From positions 8,928,001 through 8,992,000 of the forward strand of contig CM060732.1 of assembly GCA_030704615.1 (NCBI GenBank): a stretch of 64,000 nt of DNA, in the 5' to 3' direction. The notes under the pieces are model-generated. The model searched no databases and was not told the DNA's origin. It saw only the letters and a program-made list of their open reading frames with translations. Below, in pieces: positions 1-11,657 of this stretch; position 1 is the stretch's first letter; each line of letters begins with the position of its first letter. Source of the DNA: Takakia lepidozioides (Eukaryota; Plantae; Bryophyta). Both the position numbers and the translations under genes were made by a program.

Positions 1-18
1 CTTGATACTCTCCAAAAC

Positions 19-990
19 GGAAATGCGGTACCGCATTTCCGTTCAACAAGTAAGGTATCTGAAACTGGAACGGAAATGCGGTACTGCATTTCCGTTGTGA
101 CTGAAAATCGTGAACCACTGGAAGTGAAATGCGGAACCACATTTCCGTCCAAGTCGCACCTTCTGACATTCAACAACGGAAATGCGGCGCAACATTTCCG
201 TTTTGTATCTCAAGCATGGAGCTGTGGGACGGAAATGCGGCACCGCATTTCCGTCCGGGGGAGACCTTCATACTCTCCAAAAACGGAAATGCGGTACCGC
301 ATTTCCGTTCTGATTGAAAATCGTGAACCACTGGAAGTGAAATGCGGCACCGCATTTCCGTTGGAGTCGCACCTTCCGACATTCCACAACGGAAATGCGG
401 CGCCGCATTTCCGTTTTGTATCTCAGGCATGGAGCTGTGGGACGGAAATGCGGCACCGCATTTCCGTCCGGGGGAGACCTTCATACTCTCCAAAACGGAA
501 ATGCGGCGCCGCATTTCCGTTTTGTATCTGAGGCATGGAGCTGTGGGACGGAAATGCAGCACTGCATTTCTGTCCGGGGGAGACCTTAATACTCTCCAAA
601 ACGGAAATGCGGTACCGTATTTCTGTTCTGACTGAAAATCGTGAACCACTTGAACTGAAATGCGGCACCGCATTTCCGTCCGAGTCGCACCTTCCGACAT
701 TCCAGAACGGAAGGGTTGCGCCGCATTTCCGTTTTGTATTCAGGCATGAAGCTATGGGACGGGAATGCGGCACCGCATTTCCGTCCGGGGGAATCCTTTA
801 TACTCTCCCAAACGGAAATGTGGTGCCGCATTTCCATCCAACAAGTAAGGTATGTGTAACTTCGGGATGCTACTTAACGGAAATGCGGCGCCGCATTTGC
901 GTTTTCACTCTAACTCATCATACGCTGGAACGGAAATGCCATGATATGTGAACACGTGGACCAACGGATTTGCGGCACCGCGTTTTCATG
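19..990. repeat. Array of ~17 palindromes GGAAATGCGG(YR)CCGCATTTCC at ~53-bp spacing, higher-order unit ~212 bp
   Basis: Copies start near 19,72,126,178,231,285,339,391,444,497,550,603,657,709,761,814,879. Inter-palindrome segments recur. Confidence 0.95.
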
Positions 991-1261
991 TCTGCACTCT
1001 ATCTGTCTGAAGTGGCAGGAGGCGACGTAGATGGCAGGAGGCGACACAATGATGTTTGTTTTTCGGACGGTAGGCGTACCTTTGACGATTCGAATTTCGT
1101 AATGATGCATGGTCCACGAGGAGACACTTCCATCCCAGCCTTTTGAACCCAAGCGGTGCATCAGCGCCGTTTCATCTTCTTTTGTCGTGTCTACTCATTC
1201 ACCCCTCTGGCGCCCTTTCCATCTGCACTCTTCGCCCCTTTTCCGCATCTGTGTTCTTCTT

Positions 1262-3082
1262 ATGCTCCAACCTGAGAGGGAGGAAGTTCCTACAGCAGAG
1301 AAGAGACATCGTCGCAAGCTCCGCAAGTTATACTTCGGGCGAAGGCCAATGCCGAAGGGGAGATAGCAGATGCGTCTTTAGGAGGAGATGGTCATCTCGC
1401 AGCAGCAGGCAACGCAGGCAACCCAGCCACAAGTGAGAGCTCCGTGCTATTGGGATGCGTGTATCTGATCGAGCACCGAACCCCTTCCTCATTTTTGTTG
1501 TTCAATTCATAGACTGTATGGTAGGACACTTGAATGCAGAAGATGTTTGCATGCCTAACTCGAAAGGTCGAGGTGGTGGAGGGATCACAGGAATCCGAAG
1601 AGCAGCAGGAAGAATCCGTGGAACTAGCTGTAGCACGCACACCCACCCGATCCACGAGCACGGGTCTCCCTGCCGGGCCTAGCCCTGTGCGTTTCAAGGA
1701 CGCGGTTTGGAAAGGCAAGGCTTTGCAGTTCCAAGCCCCAGAGAAACAGTCGCGTTTGAAGGTCATGGAGAATCGCCAGCAGGAGTCGGGCCCTTCTCCA
1801 ACAAAGACGAAGAAGAAGCAGCCCGTCCTTGAACTGGTTTCTGAACCGGACCAAGGCCGTTTCCTCCCCCCCTAAGAGAATGAAGCAGAAGGATGCAGTG
1901 CAGATTGAAATGCAGCAGACGCCTTCACCTGTAAGAATGAAGAAGCAGAAGGCAAACAGGGGGAGGTTGGAGCAATCTCCCACAAAACCGATTCCACGAG
2001 CTGAAGCCCAGTTACTGCTTGATTTCCAGCCAGGTGATGTTGGGGGCTTCTTTGCTGCAGTGAAGGCAACGGGATCGACCGATTTCGTGGATCTGTCAGC
2101 GGAGGAGGGTGCTGCTGCTCAACGTTCGCAGCAGCACTTCACCACCTTTCAGGAAGACCTTCAGAATGCTGCAGGCCCGGAGGAGGCCTCTGCAATTCGA
2201 GAATTGTCTGCAAAGACTCCCTAGACTTCAGCTGTTGTTGGGGATGCTCCAGCTGCTCAGCCCTACCGCCACCTGCAGAAATGTCTCCGGAGGAATTCCA
2301 AAGTGCAGCGGATACAATGTTGGAGGAGACACACAATAGCATTGGCAGAGTTCTGGGCAGCAGGGTATTCCAGCGGACTCTTCGAATTCCACTCTGTCAC
2401 ATGGTCTCCCTTCCCATCATCAGGCAGGCTCTTCCAGAAGATGTGGATAAGCTCAAATTCACATTTCGAGAAGGGTACTGCCTAGGTTCGCCAACCTTCT
2501 ACGTTTCCATTGAGAATGAGGACGGCGAAACTCGTGGACCCACTGCGGATGAATTGTCAGCATGGGATACCCACTAGCACACTCGCAATGACAAATTCGA
2601 GGCAACGCTGAAGGGTGATCCTGACTTCGGCCATATGTCGGGCAAAATATTTTTTGTGTGGGACAGGAATCACCGACTTCTTGCCTAGTGGGAGTACATC
2701 AAGCAAAACCATTCCAAGCATATTGGCTGGCATTACATGGTGGGGTGTGTCATCCTCAAGGTGAAGGTGGCAGACTCCTCCCTGCTCAAAGAATTCCATG
2801 GCGGACCTCAACTCGTAAGATTCTCATACCCTCCCAGGCACATCCGAAATGCGGCACCGCATTTCGGTTTCCAATCAGTTTTGTTTCCGTGCTTCATTGG
2901 ACTGAACTGGACAGTGTGCCTTGCAGGGTCACTGAAAATGCTTACGTGCATACCCACATGGCACATATGCTGTAGAGGGTGAGGAAAACTGGTCTCACTG
3001 ACCCGCACATGTTCGCCGAAATGCTGGAGCCCGAGCTCATTCAAAAAGCCCTGGCAAAAACAGACCGGATATGGTATCGCCT
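1262..3082 (+). pseudogene. ParB-methyltransferase fusion gene, copy 1 (outer MULE), 5' half: basic N-terminus, low-complexity region, ParB/Srx-like domain
   Basis: ORF pieces 1262-1366 (RRKLRKLYFGRRP) and 2281-2577, then KIFFVWDRNHRLLA* at ~2644-2688. Co-linear with copy 2. Cut at WYR|L by the inner MULE insertion. Stops and frameshifts present. Confidence 0.75.
3074..3082. other. 9-bp target site duplication GTATCGCCT (left) of inner MULE
   Basis: Identical 9-mer at 24129-24137. Removing the insert restores WYRLTMDGMVE, matching WYRLSMDAMVD in copy 2. Confidence 0.95.
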
Positions 3083-3101
3083 GGGGGCTGCTATTTCATG
3101 A
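3083..3101 (+). repeat. Left TIR of inner MULE
   Basis: GGGGGCTGCTATTTCATGA directly after the TSD, followed by ATGAGCGG repeats flanking a poly-A tract. Confidence 0.85.
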
Positions 3102-3514
3102 ACGGCAATAGCATGAGCGGAAAAAAAAAAAAAAAAAAAAATGAGCGGGCCGAATTGTGTCCACGGAAATAGGGTTAGGAGGCACGGAAATAGGGTTATG
3201 TGGACTCGTCATAGCAATGAAATGCAATATTTTATTGCAAATTGGTGGAAAGCCACGTCTATACAAGTGTGTCCTAACTGTCTAACAGGAATGGGAAACT
3301 CTAATACACCTTCGAGAAAACTTGGGCCCCCTCTCTTCCTCCCCCCTCATCCCCCCCCATCCTCCGAGCTCTGTGATGCATCGGTTGCAGTATTGCCTTC
3401 AAAAATGCCGTCCTCTCCTTGGGGGACTGTCCACCTCACCTCTGGGAATCTTCTGCCTTTCTCCCCCACTGTTCCTCAGCAGAATCCAAGACAAATCTAT
3501 GAGCCCGACTAGCT

Positions 3515-6500
3515 CTAATAGCTGCTGCCTCCTCCCTCCATTTTCTTGAGGCTTGCCTCGTCTAAAATCTGCTGTACACGATTAGGTTCAGAACACCTCC
3601 TAATGGACACCGAAGCAAGCCGAGTAGCATAAGTAGGAAAGATGTAGTCCCTTTCTGGACTAGGCATGAAATCCCCCCTGCCAAAAAAACGCACGTTCCT
3701 CCTGCCCATGAACTCCGGTGTAGACGTCCCTCCTGCTGTACTTGGCATCCTACAGTAAGAACAAATCCACTTCAAGAATGTCAATACCAGCAGAAGCAGA
3801 AAGGGTTTTCAATGAAATAAGAGGGCGAAGGGAGGTGCCTCATGAAATCTGGAGGCAACTTACAATGCGACCACTCACTCGTACACCGGGGGCTCCTCGG
3901 CCTCGATCCCAACTTGTTCCTCCCCCTGCTCCTTCTCGAATTTTTCCTCATCCTCCGAGGATGTCTCTTCCTCTTTCGGCAGACGTTCAGCCGCTGCAAG
4001 TTCCGAGTTGTGGAGGGCAGTATCTGGCTCGAAGGCGAACACATGCTTGTCGGACAACGTCCCTGCCCACATTGAAGCACCTGAGGAACAAAGCGGGCGG
4101 TTAATAACTTGCGGCATGCAATTGCAATCGGGCCAGGGGACAAACCGAGCACGTGAAGGCTTACTCGTGCCGCATGTGAGGTCCAGAATCCATCCTTGGA
4201 CATCCGAGCACGTCTCCATGAGGGTTTGGATGAAACCAGGGCTCCGGGTCCGGCTGTACCGCCACGGTTTGCCTGTCTTTGTGTCCTTCGGCATACTGGA
4301 GTGGGGCACATAGTTGTAGAGGACATCGTAGGTAACAGGGTCCACAGCAGCATCAACAAGACGACCGTCATTGCGGAATTTGAACGTAGACCCTCTCTTC
4401 ACAAAGCAATATGCCTCAAACACCACCAATGTCTGCACATCCAACAAAAGAGGGATCAACTCCGGGATCTTGTTTAGATACACCACAATATGAGGTGAAT
4501 GCAATAGATTGATAACTTACACTTTGGCCCTCTGTTCGCAACCCCTGTGTATTGATGCAGAACCATTTTCTGAGGAGGACCGGGGTGACACTTTTCGATG
4601 TCCACCTTGCCACGCATTCTCTGTGGTCTCCCCTCTTGTGGCAAGGACAACCACACATCCACCGTCATCCAGAAGCATCCTCGCCAGCCCAAACCCGGCT
4701 TTCCAGTAGTCCTCAGTAAACCTGTTCCCACCTTCTTCGCCCTGGCAGCGAGAGCGTCAAGGAAGCTCTCATTGACGCATTGGATGATGGTTGGAGGTTC
4801 TAGCTTTGGCCTGTGCGTAAACGTCACCGCGAATACCGCCGTGTAGGCTCGCCCTCAAATGCCAACTTCTTGGCAGAGCCAGTCCCACTCCAAACTGACT
4901 TGGGAACCCGGACGACCGGTGACTGGGAAGCAGCAACAGCAGTCGCAGGACCTTCGACAAAGTCGTCATCCGAGTCACTCTCTTGGGTCCCCTCCTGCGC
5001 CTCCTCCGATGCCCCGATGGTTTTCTGTTTTTTGGGTGTTACTGCACTCACCTGTTTCCTTTGGCCTTTACTCTTCTCATTCAATTTCTCCTGAATTCCT
5101 GCCTGAGCAAGCTCTGCCGCTTTCCTGGAGTTTGCAAGCGCTTTTGCCTCTTTTGCACCCAGCGGAGGCAGCAGAGCCCGGTTTCGTTGGGCCTTAGCAT
5201 CCAGCTTCAATTGAAACTCGGATGGGTCGAGCATGCCGGGCGGAAGGTCCACATACCAAGGGCAATCACGCAAATGTTCCAGATGCCACTCCTTCACAAT
5301 ATCGTCAGTGTACATGGAGTCAGCCCCAGGGTTCCTCCATGCCAGGAAGAATGGTGGCTCGAAAGACAGATGACCTTTCTCCAAAAGGGAGAACTTGCAG
5401 TACCTGCATTCATGAAAAACACAATGAGGTCCCTGAACTGCAAATTCGGCACCATTTTCCCAGGTTGGGGCGGATCTGAGTGGGCCTAGAAATGGAAAAA
5501 TGGCGCCAAATTTCCAGTTCAGGGCCAGCCACCCTACGGACTTTGCCATTTTCGGAGCCCTGACTGGGAATTCGGCGCCATTTTCCCAGGTCCGGCCCGA
5601 AAATGGCTATGTCCCAGAACGGCAATAGGGCCCAGAACTGGAAAAATGGCGCCGAATTTCCAGTTCAGGGCCAGTCCCCCTACGGACTTTGCCATTTTCG
5701 GAGCCCTGATTGGAAATTCGGCGCCATTTTCCCAGGTCGGCCCGAATATGGCTAAGTCCCCAAGGGCAATAGGGCCCAGAACTGGAAAAATGGCGCCGAA
5801 TTTCCCAGTTTAGGGCCAGCCACCCTAGGGACTTAGCCATTTTCGGAGCCCTGACTGGAAAATTCGGCGCCATTCCAGGTCCGGCCGAAATGGCTGGGGC
5901 AATAGGGCCCAAAACTGGAAAAATGGCGCCGAATTTCCAGTTCAGGGCCAGCCACCCTAGGGACTTAGCCATTTTCGGAGCCCTGATCTGGAAATTTCGG
6001 CGAAAAATGCAAGGACTGTAAGGAAGGCATCGCGTATGTACCTGTACAGAAGGCGCATTGCTGCTTTGTCCGCGTTCGGCTGGTCGGTGAACTCGGCTCG
6101 GCAGGCATGTGGTATCTCCCGAAAGAATAGGTCGGTTTTGTAGAGCAGAAAGTACCTCGTCACATAGTCGCGTAGGCTCTGCTGCAGGAGAAATCTCCAT
6201 CTTGAACTGATGTGCTTGTGTGTCCAGCTGCTCTTGCGCATTCGTCGTCACCTGTGGAGATTCTCCATCAGATCGCATTGCTGAAAAAATACAATGAATC
6301 CACCCCCTACAAGAGTAGAAGCGCCAAACGAAGCGTGGGGAAGTACCTAAAACCACCATGTCATGCGGTTCATCCACATGTCGAATGTGGGGTCAGACAG
6401 TTTGTCCGTTTGGGGAAGCTCCACATGTCCCTTGTACTTTGGGAACCATTCCAGATTTGGAGCCACCGGGTCTGTCCAACCACCCATCATATTCGTAAGC

Positions 6501-9341
6501 GCCAAACACCACAAAAAGAGTTGTTGCCACCACAATTTGGTTAAGAATGTATCACCTTTTCTGCACCATCCACACAGGATGTGGCTAGACGATGGAGCTT
6601 CTCCAATGTCATCGTGGGCTTCAGAGCGCGGGAGTAGTGCTTCCCCACCTCCACCAGAAAGTCGGCACCAAGGGCGGGATCAGCTATGGCCACGTACTTT
6701 ACTATCCGCGACTTGTACTTTATGCAAGCCCTCACCTCCGCAGCTTTGAGATATGATTCGAGTGCCGGGAGGGTTAGATTCTTCTCCTCTGACTCCATGT
6801 AGAACCTCCGCGCATGTGCCAAATCCTGCTGAATTTTTTCGTCTGTCAAGAATGCGCACATAAGATTAGAGATCCTGCTCAACACTTTTTCTTCTATTGG
6901 GGGAGGAGAGACAGATTAGCTCAACAAAACAGTCAGGAGCTTTACCCGAAATATGTAGTCCACCATGGCGTCCATGCTCAGCCTATACCAGGTTCTGTCT
7001 GCCTTGCCTCCGACTTGCGCAGGAGGTCGGCACTGAGCGAATTGGCAAACTCTTGCACCCCCTGCTTCCCGACATCCTTCACTCGGAAGAGCATATGGGA
7101 CAAGTTGGTGGCAATGAAGGCATTCTCAGTCACCCTGCAATGCCACATTTCCATCAAACAATTCTGAAATGGGAATTTACAACAAATATGAGGATTCGCA
7201 ATGAAATGACTTACAATCGGATGGGTCCAAAAGCAAGAGGCGTTGTAACTTACGAGTTGATGTCGCCTTTGCAGCTTTGAGAAGACTGCGATCTTTGGGC
7301 CCCGCAACCTTCAGCACAACACACTCCACGGCGAAATGCCAATCGAGGTCGTTGGGTGGGCTTCGGCTATGTGCTCCATCCATGCCAGGAGGCGATGATT
7401 GCCGTCCCACACGTAAAATCTTTCCGGACAAGTGCTGGAAAAGAGGATCAGTAACAATCGATCTCTCGAACTCCTCATTTCGCCTTTGCCAATGGGGACC
7501 CCATTTGTCCACCTCATCGGAAGTATGGGCACGGGAAGCTCCGTGGTCGTTCTCAATGGAAACGTAAAACGCGCCAGACCCCATTCGATATCCATCCCGG
7601 AAAGAGAATTTCAGCTTGTCGATATCGCCTGGGAGGGCAGGTCTCACCACCTGCAAAGACACCAAGCGGCAAAGGGGAATTCAAAGCTTGGCCGGTACAC
7701 CATGCCCCCCAGCACCCTACCAATGTTGTTGTGGGTTGCCTCCAACATCTTGGCAACGGCCAACTTCATATCCGCCTCCGACATGACGTGCAGAGGGGTT
7801 CTCCGGCAGCCCACCAGGACCGCCAAATCCAGCCTGTATGTTGCGGGTTTGGGGCCTGGGATGTCCGGGAGGATGTCATCCTGGTCAGAAAGCTCGGTGT
7901 CGTCCTCCTCAACATGGTGAACCACCGGCGAAACCACCTCGAGCACTCTCCCTGTCTCTACTGCCATCTCCCCGGCTTCACCTCGAACTTGCACAATCCG
8001 TGCTCTTTCTGGTGTTCTTTCCTCTCTCCACTCTCCACGTATGGGTAATTGCGGGGGCTGCTCTTGTCCGCGATGGTGTAACCGGTGTGTTACTGCCTCT
8101 TGTGGTGTCTTGAGGGATCCACTCTCTGTGCGTCCCTTGCTTACATTGGCATCTGTCATTTGGGCACCCCTGGCCTCTTCAGTGGCCTTTTCTCTTTCCT
8201 CCTGGCTAGCCTTCTGTCTCGCCTGTTCTTTTGCCCTCTCTTTTGCCCTCTCACGGGCTTTCTGTTTCTTACTAGGGCTAGCAGCAGGGGAGCCCTCCAG
8301 GACGACCACCTTTGATTGAGGAGAAGGAACACCCTCGCGCACTGCTCACTCCCCCCTCCGCAGCCCATGATGGCTCTCTCGCCGGGGATTGCATGTGCTT
8401 AGCTTTCTTCTTCTTCTTCTTTGCGTGGGCGGGCCCTACTGCATGTGCATCAACAACCTCCATTGCTGGATCTGCTGTCCTCACGTCCTCACGCCCTTCA
8501 CCTGCCATGCTGCCTGCACCAACCTCCCCAATGCCTATTTTGTCGTACCCTCGCTGCAGGTCCTCCCGTCCACCAACAAAAGGTTGAAGTTTGCCCTCTC
8601 CCCCCCAAGTTGGGCGATTCAAACATGCGATGATTGGAGCGGTCGATGATACCACCAGCGTGCCGGGCTCGTCGTCACCGTCAAAAAATCGTCAGAACCA
8701 ACATCGGGAAAAACCAGCATCGCGCAACCACCATAGCAACATCGTGGAACAACAATGAAAACAAAACAAGTTTAGGAAGTATGGAGTGCCATGGAACAAC
8801 AATGAAAACAACTCCAACCAATGCCTAAATGACATGCACAAGCAGCCTTCTCCAGAGCTGCCGGCTTTGCACACGCATTGCAAACTATCTAAGGTTCACT
8901 CAACCGGTAATATGAAACACGATGAACAAATGATCAGGAATTCCATAAGACGGGAAAACAGGGTGAAATGTTTTTGAAGGCACTTCATCTTCTCAGCTCA
9001 GCATGGATTTCCTTAATTTTAACCACTCAGACCTTGATCATTCTTCGCAACAGCTGCTGCTTTTGCGATGCAGCCATACACTTCCACCGATGCCAGGATG
9101 AAGATGCAAAACAAAGCTAAACAACAAAGCGAAAGCGAACAAAGCGAAAGCAGAAGTGGCTTGCCTGAGAGTACTCGGCTTCAGTTGGCGAGGGTTGTGA
9201 GCAAGACACTGGAATCTCCTGCTGGAGCTTAAGTTTGGCCATGCGAGAGATTGGCCGTCGTCCGTAGTACAAAGCTTTCAACTTCCGCCGCGGTCTGGAT
9301 GTGAGGTCTCTCTCAGGAGAGCCACGCCCTTCAGGCGGCAT
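3515..9341 (-). pseudogene. ParB-methyltransferase fusion gene, copy 2 (inner MULE), multi-exon
   Basis: Exons: 9117-9341 (RRKLKALYYGRRP), K/E-rich 7644-8655, ParB-like 7270-7760 (FYVWDGNHRLLAW at ~7381-7417), helical region 6347-6885, 4824-5400, MTase 3875-4800 (RSPGFIQTLMETCSDVQGWILDLTCGT..GASMWAG..HVFAFE), last exon 3515-3720. About 185 bp containing the motif IV region appears deleted near 4725. Confidence 0.8.
5440..6010. repeat. Intronic array of quasi-palindromes GGAAAAATGGCGCCGAATTTCC in alternating orientation (~73/146-bp unit)
   Basis: Repeated motif between coding exons of copy 2. The corresponding copy 1 intron (~25100-25200) is short with one degenerate palindrome. Confidence 0.85.
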
Positions 9342-9559
9342 AAGTCCCAGCCAAAATGGAAAACGATCTCAGTTTTTTGGGGTACATGCCTCGAATAGAA
9401 GTTAATCCAAGATTAGCATCAGATTTAGGGTATGTATCGAGGAAGCCATGTGTCGCCAGCCCGAATAAAAACGGACGGCGGTGGACATTTAATGCCCAAC
9501 TACGCAATTAAATGTCGGATAAAGCCCTCTCTGTCGGATGAAATATGACGCAACTCGGC

Positions 9560-10430
9560 CCGGAATTTCCAACGTAGAGGTAATTCGAAGCGCAGCAAAA
9601 TAGAATTCCGGCGCCCGATTTCCATCCTTTAGGTAATTTGGAGCGCGGATGGATGGAAATCCGGCGCCGGATTTCCATCCGCCACGTACGGCGGCGCGCA
9701 AAATTTTCGTCATGCAGGTAATTCGAAGTGCAGCAGGATGGAAATTCCGCGCCGAATTTCCATCCTGCCAGGTAGGGCGGCGCGTGAAATTTCCGTCATG
9801 CAGGTAATTCGGAGCTGGATGGATGGAAATCCGGCGCCGGATTTCCATCCTGTCAGGTAGGGCGGTGTGCGAATTTTCCGTCACGCAGGTAATTCGGAGC
9901 CGGATAGATGGAAATCCGGCGCCGGATTTCCATCCTGCCAGGTAGGGCGACGCGCGAATTTTCCGTCACGCAGGTAATTCGGAGCCGGATGGATGGAAAT
10001 CCAGCGCCGGATTTCCATCCTGCCAGGTAGGGCGGCGCGCGAATTTTCCGCCACGCAGGTAATTCGGAGACGGATGGATGGAAATCCGGCGCCGAATTGC
10101 CAGGTTGGTTGGAGAGCGGATGGATGGAAATTCGGCGCCGGATTTCCATCCTGCCAGGTAGGGCGGCGCGCGAAATTTCCGCCACGCAGGTAATTCGGAG
10201 CGGATGGATGGAAATCCGGCGCCGAATTTCCATCCGGCAGGTAGAGCAGCGCGCAAATTTTCCGTCATGCAGGTAATTCGGAGCGCATCAGGATGGAAAT
10301 TCGGCGTCGAATTTCCATCCTGCAGGTAATTCGAAGCCCGGATGGATGGAAATCCGGCGCCGAATTTCCATCCAGCAGGTAACTCGGATCGCTGGCGGAT
10401 GGAAATTTGGCGCCGAATTACCTTCCTGTA
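9560..10430. repeat. Array of 28-bp palindromes GATGGAAAT(C/T)CGGCGCCG(G/A)ATTTCCATC, ~85-bp unit
   Basis: Copies near 9652,9738,9823,9908,9993,10078,10123,10208,10293, between the divergently oriented MTase and transposase genes. Confidence 0.95.
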
Positions 10431-10559
10431 GGTAATTCTGCGTGGCAGCTTGGTTTTTCGGAGAAAAACAAACTAAACTGTTAGTTTTGTGGCTGAAGTC
10501 CACTTTAGACACGTTTTTCATGGAATCCTTGACTGCTAGAGGAAAATCCGAACGGCCTC

Positions 10560-11360
10560 GGACGGAAATTCGGCGCCGTTTTTCCATCCTGGGAGGTTTT
10601 TATATCGTCCAGTTTTGGGCCTCACCACCCGACCGGACTTCCTTTGAGGGGGCCCGGATGGAAATTCGGCGCCGAATTTCCATCCGGGGGATGGTCTCTG
10701 TCGGACAGGTGCCGGCCTCTCCGCCCGAGGCGACTTCGTCCGGGCGTCCCCTGTTGGATATTCGGTGCCGAATTTTCGTCCGGGGTTTGAAATGTAACGG
10801 CCAGGTGCCGACCTCTCCCCCCTCCCCGACTGCATCCGAACGGCCCCGGATGGAAATTCGGCGCCGTTTTCCCATCTGGGGAGGTTTTTATGTCGGCCAG
10901 TTTTCGGCCTGCCCCCCGACACACGACTTCCTTTGGGGGGGCCCGGATGGAAATTCGGCGCCGAATCTCCATCCAGGGGATGCTCTCTGTCGAACACGCG
11001 CCGGCCTCTACGCCCGAGGCGGCTTCATCCGGGCTTCCCCTGTTGGATATCGGTGCCGAATTTCCCGTCCGGGGGTTGTAATGTGAGGGCCAGGTGGCGG
11101 CCTTTCCCCGAGCCGACTGCATCCGAACGGCCTCGGATGGAAATTCGGCGCCGTTTTTCCATCCGGGGAGGTTTTTATGTCGGCCAGTTTTCGGCCTGAC
11201 CCCCCGACACGACTTCCTTTGGGGTTTCCGAATGGAAATTCGGCGCTGAATTTCCATCCGAGGGTTGTTATCTGTCGGACAGGTTCCGGCCTCTCTGGCC
11301 AAGGCGACTTCATACGTGCGGCCCCTGCTGGATATTCGGTGCCGAATTTTCATCCGGGGG
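10560..11360. repeat. Array of GGAAATTCGGCGCCGAATTTCC-like palindromes at ~96-bp spacing, ~288-bp higher-order unit
   Basis: Copies near 10564,10660,10757,10852,10949,11046,11139,11234,11330. Confidence 0.95.
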
Positions 11361-11657
11361 TAGTAATGTGACGGCACGGTGGCGGCTTCTCCCCTTCAGC
11401 CGACATCATCCGGACGGACCCCCACTTTCTGACTGCATACCGTTGGCAGTTATTGCGCAAAGACCAGGGGCCGCATTCTTGAGACAAGGTTCATTAACAC
11501 TCTGACTGTGGATTTTTGAGATAGTTGGCTCCCTGGATTTGGATCAGGCTTCGTCGCTCGGACAAATCGGCACCGCATTCCTTCCCATCGCTGCATCCCC
11601 TCTTCTACAGGGAGCTTGCCCGCACGCCATCCTGGGAGTCTTGTGTGCACATCTCCC

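Noticed and set aside
43-951. Many overlapping ORFs in the palindrome arrays (also 5607-6000, 9489-11377, 27606-28765, 39192-39689, 42245-42698, 54324-54668)
   Set aside because: These are translations of tandem repeats that are open in several frames on both strands, with no protein signal.
19-990. CRISPR array (22-bp palindromic repeat + ~31-bp spacer); likewise 9560-11360 and 27668-28702
   Set aside because: The spacers recur in higher-order units rather than being unique, there are no cas genes, and the context is eukaryotic TE DNA.
2281-2812. Bacterial plasmid/phage parABS locus or contamination
   Set aside because: The gene has GT-AG introns, no ParA is present, and it is nested with plant LTR retrotransposons showing clean TSDs.
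3113-3148. Poly-A flanked by ATGAGCGG as a retroposed (LINE/SINE) insertion with TSD
   Set aside because: There is no element body, and ATGAGC is the normal subterminal motif found at all three MULE termini.
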